64,000 nucleotides of DNA from an uncultured Actinomycetes bacterium. Lineage in GTDB: Bacteria > Actinomycetota > Thermoleophilia > UBA2241. This document shows, one piece after another, positions 58,822 to 64,000 of the stretch. Below the pieces are notes generated by a model. The model had not been told where the DNA came from. It worked only from the letters and a program-made list of their open reading frames with translations, and did not search any database. Both the position numbers and the translations under genes were made by a program. The stretch lies in contig CAVPVX010000002.1 in NCBI GenBank assembly GCA_963709345.1, positions 224,001 to 288,000 of the forward strand, written 5' to 3'. Numbering within the stretch: the first letter of the stretch is position 1; every line of letters begins with the position of its first letter.

Positions 58822-61194
58822 TCATCCTCCCCGCTCCGCCGTCACGTACAGCGCGCCCGCCTCGACCCACACCACGATGTCGCCGCGCTCGTCGGTACGC
58901 ACGAACGGGACGCCTCCTGCACCGAGCACGTCGAGCGCCTCCGATGCTGGATGCCCATGCCGGTTCTCGCCGACGGGGACCACGGCCAGTCGCGGCGCGA
59001 GCGCGCCGAGAAGGCCGGCGTCGAACCCCCCCGCGCTGCCGTGATGCGGCACGCCGACCACGACGCAGGGGGGCAGATCCAGGTTCTCGAGCACCTGCCC
59101 CTCCGCATCACCCGGCAGGAGCAGCCGGCGGCCGGCGAGCTCGACGACCACCACAAGCGCGTCGTCGTTCTCCTTCTGGTTCTGGTCGACGCCGGCGACC
59201 GGATCGGCAGCCAGGATCTGCAGACTCCAGCCGTCACCGCCCAGGCGGAGCTCCGACGCACACCGGCGCACATCCGTCCCCTCGGCGCGCATCCGGTCCT
59301 CGACCTCGTCGAGGGCGGCCGAGGGATCCTCCGGTTCCGGGAGCAGCGCTGCCGCGACGGGCAGGCCGCCGACGACGTCCTCGAGGCCCCCGACGTGGTC
59401 CGCGTGTCCGTGTGAGAGCACGAGCAGGTCGATCTCGCCGACCCCGTGCAGCTGCAGATCGCGGGCCAGCGGCTCGGGACCGGCGTCCACGAGGATCGTC
59501 GGGCCGTCGGGGATCTGCAGCAGGGTGGCCGCCCCCTCACCGACGTCGAGGAACGTGAGCGTCGGCCTGTTCGGCGGCCGCATGGGAGCCGGCGCCACGA
59601 GCAGAGCGGCCGCGACCAGTGTCGCCGTCGCGGTGACCAGCGCCGGCCATCGCCGGCGGTCGCGCGCGTAGGCGAGCACGCCGCCGCCGGCCCTCGTGGC
59701 AAGCGTGACCACCACGGCGACCTCCACGAGGAAGCCAACGACCAGGACAGACCGCAGCGTAACTCCCTGGTATTCGTAGACCGCTCCGGGCAGGCCGGCG
59801 AAGAAGTGCGACACCGCAAGCAGGAAGCCGATGAAGAGCCCGGCGGCGACGTTCAGTGGCGCCGACAGCCACTCGCTCACGAACCCCAGCAGCAGTGAGA
59901 GCATGCCGAGAAACATGATGGGGCCGAGCACGAAGCCGCCGGCGACGTTGGCCGGCACGCTGACGAGCGAGGCGGAGCCGAACGTCAGCATCGAGACGGG
60001 TGCGGTGGAGATGCTGGCCGCCGCCGTCACCCCCACCTGCTCGGGAAGCGGGCCCGGCAGGAACGAGACGGCGCGAATGAGCGGCCTGGCGAGCACCAGC
60101 AGGCCGACCACCGCACCGAACGACAGCTGGAAACTCACGTCGAAGAGGTTGTTGGGATTCACCGTGAGCAGCCACGCCGCCGGGGCGAGCCACAGCAGCC
60201 AGCCGTCGCTGGGACGCGAGGCGAGGATCGCGAGCAGCCCGCAGATGCCGGCGACCCCGGCGCGGACGATGGACGGCGACGCGCCGGTGAGCAACACGTA
60301 CGTTGCCACGACGGGCAACAGCAGCGCAGTTCGCAGAAGCCGGTGCATGCCGAGCAGCGCGAACGCGAACGACCACATCGTGCAGAGCAGCACCACATTC
60401 TCCCCCGAGACCGCCATGATGTGCAGCAGGCCGCTCTTGCGGAAGTCCTCGACGAGCGTCTCGTCGACACCCTCGTCGTCGCCGAGGACCATGCCTTGCA
60501 GCACGTCGCCGACGGGCGAATGCACGCCGGCGGCGAGATGCGCGCGCGACGCGAGGCGGAGCCGGTCGACCACGCCCTGGAGGCCGCCCCGTCGACCGAC
60601 GACGGCGAGGTCGGCGAAGTCGGCTTCGAGCAACACATGCTCTCCGCGCCGCCGCAGGTAGCGACCATAGTCGAACTCCCCCGGCTCGGGGTCCGGCAGC
60701 GGATCGACGCTCACGGAGGGTAGCCGCAGCAGCGCGCCCTCCGTCAGCGGCCCGGTCGGGTCGTGGCCGAAGGTCTGCCCCTCCTCAAGCCGCAGACGCA
60801 GGTGTGCGGGTTCGCTGAGCTCAACCCCGTTCACGCCGGTCACGCGCACCGCGAGCGTGACCTGATCCTCCTTGGCGGACGGAAGATCCGTCAGCACCGC
60901 CGCAAGGGCGACGTGCTCGCCGACATAGGGCGCCAGCGTGGAGCGGGCGATCGCGTCGAGGCGGGCGCCGCCGAGCACGGCGCCGGCGCAGACGAAGAGC
61001 ACGCAGAGGCCTGCGGCGGCTGCTGCGGGGGCGCGTCTGCCGAGCGCCGGCGCGCGGACCGACGCCACGAGCGCGCCGGCGGCCAGCGCGGCGGCCGCGG
61101 CCGCCAGCGCGAGCGGCGGCCGCCACGCCAGCGCCAGACAGAGGCCGGCGCAGTACCCGCCGAGCAGCAGATGCGGTGGAGCGGGCAGGCGCAC
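58822..61194 (-). CDS. comEC: DNA uptake channel ComEC/Rec2
   Basis: PGEFDY, SGLLHIMAVSGEN, PSIVRA, FQLSF, FLDVGEG, SHGHADHVGG, HHGS, GHP, RTD. Confidence 0.94.
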   Translation of the reverse strand: MRLPAPPHLLLGGYCAGLCLALAWRPPLALAAAAAALAAGALVASVRAPALGRRAPAAAAAGLCVLFVCAGAVLGGARLDAIARSTLAPYVGEHVALAAVLTDLPSAKEDQVTLAVRVTGVNGVELSEPAHLRLRLEEGQTFGHDPTGPLTEGALLRLPSVSVDPLPDPEPGEFDYGRYLRRRGEHVLLEADFADLAVVGRRGGLQGVVDRLRLASRAHLAAGVHSPVGDVLQGMVLGDDEGVDETLVEDFRKSGLLHIMAVSGENVVLLCTMWSFAFALLGMHRLLRTALLLPVVATYVLLTGASPSIVRAGVAGICGLLAILASRPSDGWLLWLAPAAWLLTVNPNNLFDVSFQLSFGAVVGLLVLARPLIRAVSFLPGPLPEQVGVTAAASISTAPVSMLTFGSASLVSVPANVAGGFVLGPIMFLGMLSLLLGFVSEWLSAPLNVAAGLFIGFLLAVSHFFAGLPGAVYEYQGVTLRSVLVVGFLVEVAVVVTLATRAGGGVLAYARDRRRWPALVTATATLVAAALLVAPAPMRPPNRPTLTFLDVGEGAATLLQIPDGPTILVDAGPEPLARDLQLHGVGEIDLLVLSHGHADHVGGLEDVVGGLPVAAALLPEPEDPSAALDEVEDRMRAEGTDVRRCASELRLGGDGWSLQILAADPVAGVDQNQKENDDALVVVVELAGRRLLLPGDAEGQVLENLDLPPCVVVGVPHHGSAGGFDAGLLGALAPRLAVVPVGENRHGHPASEALDVLGAGGVPFVRTDERGDIVVWVEAGALYVTAERGG

Positions 61195-61203
61195 GGCGCG
61201 CCC

Positions 61204-61857
61204 TCAGACCGTGATGGAGGCCTGCATGGACGCGAACTTGGCGTCGCCGATGCCCGGGACCTCCTTGATCTCCTCGATGGTCTTGAAGCCGCCGTTGGCC
61301 GTGCGATAGTCGATTATCTTCTGGGCCGTGGACGGCCCCACCCCGTCGAGCGCGTCGAGCTCCTCGAGCGACGCCGTGTTGATATTGACAAGCGCGCCCG
61401 AACCCGTGGAGCCCGCCGGAGCGGCGCCGAGCGCGCCGCCGGAGGATCCGTCCGGCGCCGCCGCAAGCGGCGCTGCTCCCCGCTCCGGGACGAAGATCTG
61501 CTGGCCGTCGGTCACCGGCGCCGCGAGGTTCACGGCGGCCAGCTCGGCCCTGGCCGTAGGGCCGCCGGCGAGCTCGAGTGCGTCGGTGACCCGCGCTCCC
61601 GCCGGCAGCCGCACGACGCCGGGCGAGCGCACGGCGCCGCAGACATAGACCATCACGTCCGGGGACGACGGCGACGCGGACGAACCGGCGGCCTGAGCCG
61701 CGTCAGGCGAAGGCGATGCCGCCACAGGGGCGAGCACGACGGCCTGCGCCCCGGAGGGTCCGGCCTGCCGCGGCAGCACGACGTAACGCACACCGACGGC
61801 GACGACCACCGCGGCGACGGCGACGTAGGCGATGATCTGACGTCGAGAGAGCTGCAC
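61204..61857 (-). CDS. comEA: ComEA DNA-binding protein
   Basis: TM, SLBB ([14 protein letters not shown]), HhH (VNINTAS, GVGPSTA, VPGIG). Confidence 0.93.
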   Translation of the reverse strand: MQLSRRQIIAYVAVAAVVVAVGVRYVVLPRQAGPSGAQAVVLAPVAASPSPDAAQAAGSSASPSSPDVMVYVCGAVRSPGVVRLPAGARVTDALELAGGPTARAELAAVNLAAPVTDGQQIFVPERGAAPLAAAPDGSSGGALGAAPAGSTGSGALVNINTASLEELDALDGVGPSTAQKIIDYRTANGGFKTIEEIKEVPGIGDAKFASMQASITV

Positions 61858-62043
61858 GGCCCACCTCCGGCGCCATGATCGCTGAGGGAAGGACGGGCGC
61901 CGGAGGCGCGTCCGGCGCCCGTCGCGATGCAGGCTACGGCAGGGGTCGGCGCCGCGCATCGCCCCCCAGGGGCGATTTCACGGGGTGACCGGGACTGGAG
62001 TATCGTGGCCCGCGAAGCGATCACGCGACTGCGAGGAGACGGC

Positions 62044-62469
62044 ATGACGAGCAAAGCGCTGTTCACCGACGACGAGTGGCACACGCTCCAGTGGGCCGTG
62101 ACCGACACGATGGCCTACGTCTCGATGGCGGACTCCGGCTTCTGGGACACCTTCAAGGAGGCCACCGCGGCGGCGAAGTTCATGGCGAAGGCCAAATCGG
62201 ACACCGGCAGCCCTCTGGTCCACGATCTGGCGGGCGACATCAAGGTCGGCCGCGACAAGCAGGTCACGCACGATCGTGCGGACATGGCCGGTGAGGTCGT
62301 GGCGCGTGTGAAGCAGGCCGCCGACATCGTCGCCGCCAAGTCGCCGACCGACCTCGCGGCCTTCAAGAGCTTCCTCCTCGGCATCGCGCAAACGACCGCC
62401 GAGGCCACCAAGGGCGTCGGCCCGCACGAGGCCACGGCGCTGGCGAAGCTGCAGGACGCGCTGTTCTGA
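62044..62469 (+). CDS. Hypothetical helical protein
   Basis: GAGGAG RBS; FTDDEW, AEATKGV; GC3-rich frame. Confidence 0.75.
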   Translation: MTSKALFTDDEWHTLQWAVTDTMAYVSMADSGFWDTFKEATAAAKFMAKAKSDTGSPLVHDLAGDIKVGRDKQVTHDRADMAGEVVARVKQAADIVAAKSPTDLAAFKSFLLGIAQTTAEATKGVGPHEATALAKLQDALF

Positions 62470-62529
62470 GCGGCGGGCTGCCGCCCCCAGCGGCAGGGCG
62501 GGCCGGCCGCCGAAGCCGCGCCGGCCCGC

Positions 62530-64000
62530 CTACCGCACCACGAAGTTGACCAGCTTGCCGGGCACGAAGATCTCCTTGACGACCTGCTTGCCGTCGAGGA
62601 AGCGCGCGGCATTCTCCGCGGCGCGCGCCTGCGCGAGCACGTCGTCCTTCTCCGCGTCCACCGGCACCTCAAGACGGTCGCGCAGCTTGCCGTTGACCTG
62701 CACGACGACGGTGACGACCTCGTCGGCGGCGAGCTCCTCGTCCCAGGCGGGCCACGGCGCATCGAGTACGGTGTCGCCGTGCCCGAGAAGCTCCCACACC
62801 TCTTCGCCGATGTGCGGCGCCATCGGAGCCACGAGCAGCGTCATGGCGGTGACCACCTCGCGCCATTGCGCCAGCGTGAGCGCGCCGCGCGCGCCTCCCC
62901 ACACGTCGAGCACCTCGTTCTGCAGCTCCATGAGCGCCGACACGGCGGTGTTGAAACGGAAAGTCTCCATGTCGCGCGTGACCTTACGGATGGTCTTGTT
63001 GAGCGTGCGCAGGACCTGGCGGCCCTTCTCGGCCTCGGCCTCGTCCGCCGCCACCCCGCTCCCCTGCGCCTCGACCACCTCGGCCACGAGGTTCCAGAAG
63101 CGGCTCAGGAAGCGCAGGCATCCCTGCACCCCGCGGTCGCTCCAGGCGACGCTCTGCTCGAACGGGGCGATGAAGAGTTCATAGACACGCAGCGCGTCGG
63201 CCCCGTACTGCTCCACGACGCTGTCCGGCGTGACGACGTTACCCTTGCTCTTGCTCATCTTCTGGCCGTCCTCGGCCTGGATCATGCCCTGGTTACGCAG
63301 GCGCGCGTAGGGCTCGCCGAAGCTCACGTAGCCGGCGTCCTGCGCCACCTTGCAGAAGAAGCGCGCATACAGCAGGTGCATGACGGCGTGCTCGGCGCCG
63401 CCCACGTACAGGTCGACCGGGAGCCAGTACTCGGCCTTCTCGCGGTCGAAAGCGGCCGTCTCGTCGTGCGGCGACGCGTAGCGGAAGTGGTACCAGCTCG
63501 AGCAGGCGAAGGTGTCCATGGTGTCGGTCTCGCGCAGCGCCGGTCCGCCACACCCGGGGCAGATGGTGCGCACCCACTCCTCGGCGCGCGCCAGCGGCGA
63601 ACGGCCGTCGTCGGTGGGGTGGAAGTCCTCGAGGTCGGGCAGCAGTACTGGGAGCTGGTCGACGGGCACCGGCACGGCGCCGCACTTCTCACAGTGGACG
63701 ATCGGGATGGGCGCGCCCCAGTAGCGCTGGCGGCTGATCAGCCAGTCCCTGAGCTTGAAGTTGACCTTCTTGCGCGCAGTGCCGCGCTCGCCGAGCCACT
63801 CGACAACGGCCTCGAACGCCTCGCCCGGCGCCGCCATGCCGTCGAACCGGCCGGAGTTCACCATGACGCCGTCGCCGGTGTAGGCCTCGGCGAGAGTCCC
63901 CTGCGCTCCGCTCGCCGGCGCGATCACCTCGACGATCGGGATCTCGAACTGCGTGGCGAACTGGAAGTCGCGCTCGTCGTGCGCCGGCACCGCCATGATG
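62530..64000 (-). CDS. leuS: Leucine--tRNA ligase (C-terminal part; 5' end outside window)
   Basis: MAVPAHDERD, DWLISRQRYWG, GGAEHAVMHL, KMSKSKGN, VQVNGKLR. Confidence 0.98.
   Translation of the reverse strand, partial: IMAVPAHDERDFQFATQFEIPIVEVIAPASGAQGTLAEAYTGDGVMVNSGRFDGMAAPGEAFEAVVEWLGERGTARKKVNFKLRDWLISRQRYWGAPIPIVHCEKCGAVPVPVDQLPVLLPDLEDFHPTDDGRSPLARAEEWVRTICPGCGGPALRETDTMDTFACSSWYHFRYASPHDETAAFDREKAEYWLPVDLYVGGAEHAVMHLLYARFFCKVAQDAGYVSFGEPYARLRNQGMIQAEDGQKMSKSKGNVVTPDSVVEQYGADALRVYELFIAPFEQSVAWSDRGVQGCLRFLSRFWNLVAEVVEAQGSGVAADEAEAEKGRQVLRTLNKTIRKVTRDMETFRFNTAVSALMELQNEVLDVWGGARGALTLAQWREVVTAMTLLVAPMAPHIGEEVWELLGHGDTVLDAPWPAWDEELAADEVVTVVVQVNGKLRDRLEVPVDAEKDDVLAQARAAENAARFLDGKQVVKEIFVPGKLVNFVVR

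Overview
A very GC-rich bacterial window, probably Actinomycetota (Thermoleophilia-like, inferred from GC content and gene order). The right half is a conserved backbone: leuS, comEA-comEC, holA, rpsT, murJ, lepA-GNAT-hemW-hrcA-dnaJ-prmA-mtaB-HIT-yqeY-phoH-ybeY-dgkA-cdd-era-deoC-hisI, with a few inserted genes. The left half is accessory and holds the two main findings. (1) Three MoxR-type AAA+/VWA modules lie within 11 kb. In one, the AAA and VWA frames are joined by a canonical -1 frameshift signal (C CCA AAA, 6-nt spacer, 7-bp hairpin), predicting both a free AAA subunit and a ~618-aa fusion, directly beside an in-frame 624-aa fused paralog. (2) A dlt-like envelope acylation operon encodes a carrier protein, a DltX-like shuttle ending FRYVGF, a non-DltA adenylating enzyme, an MBOAT and four DltD-like SGNH paralogs. 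Also present: pntA, a DAK2-DegV fusion, a GAF-GAF-GGDEF protein, tRNA-Leu(CAA), a 230-bp identical tract shared by the AAA-VWA paralogs, a type III Res remnant and an unannotated 30-aa membrane peptide. Several other single-base frame breaks may be assembly errors, which tempers the frameshift claim. No CRISPR array, rRNA, integrase or transposase was seen. All calls are from motif recognition by eye; no searches were run.
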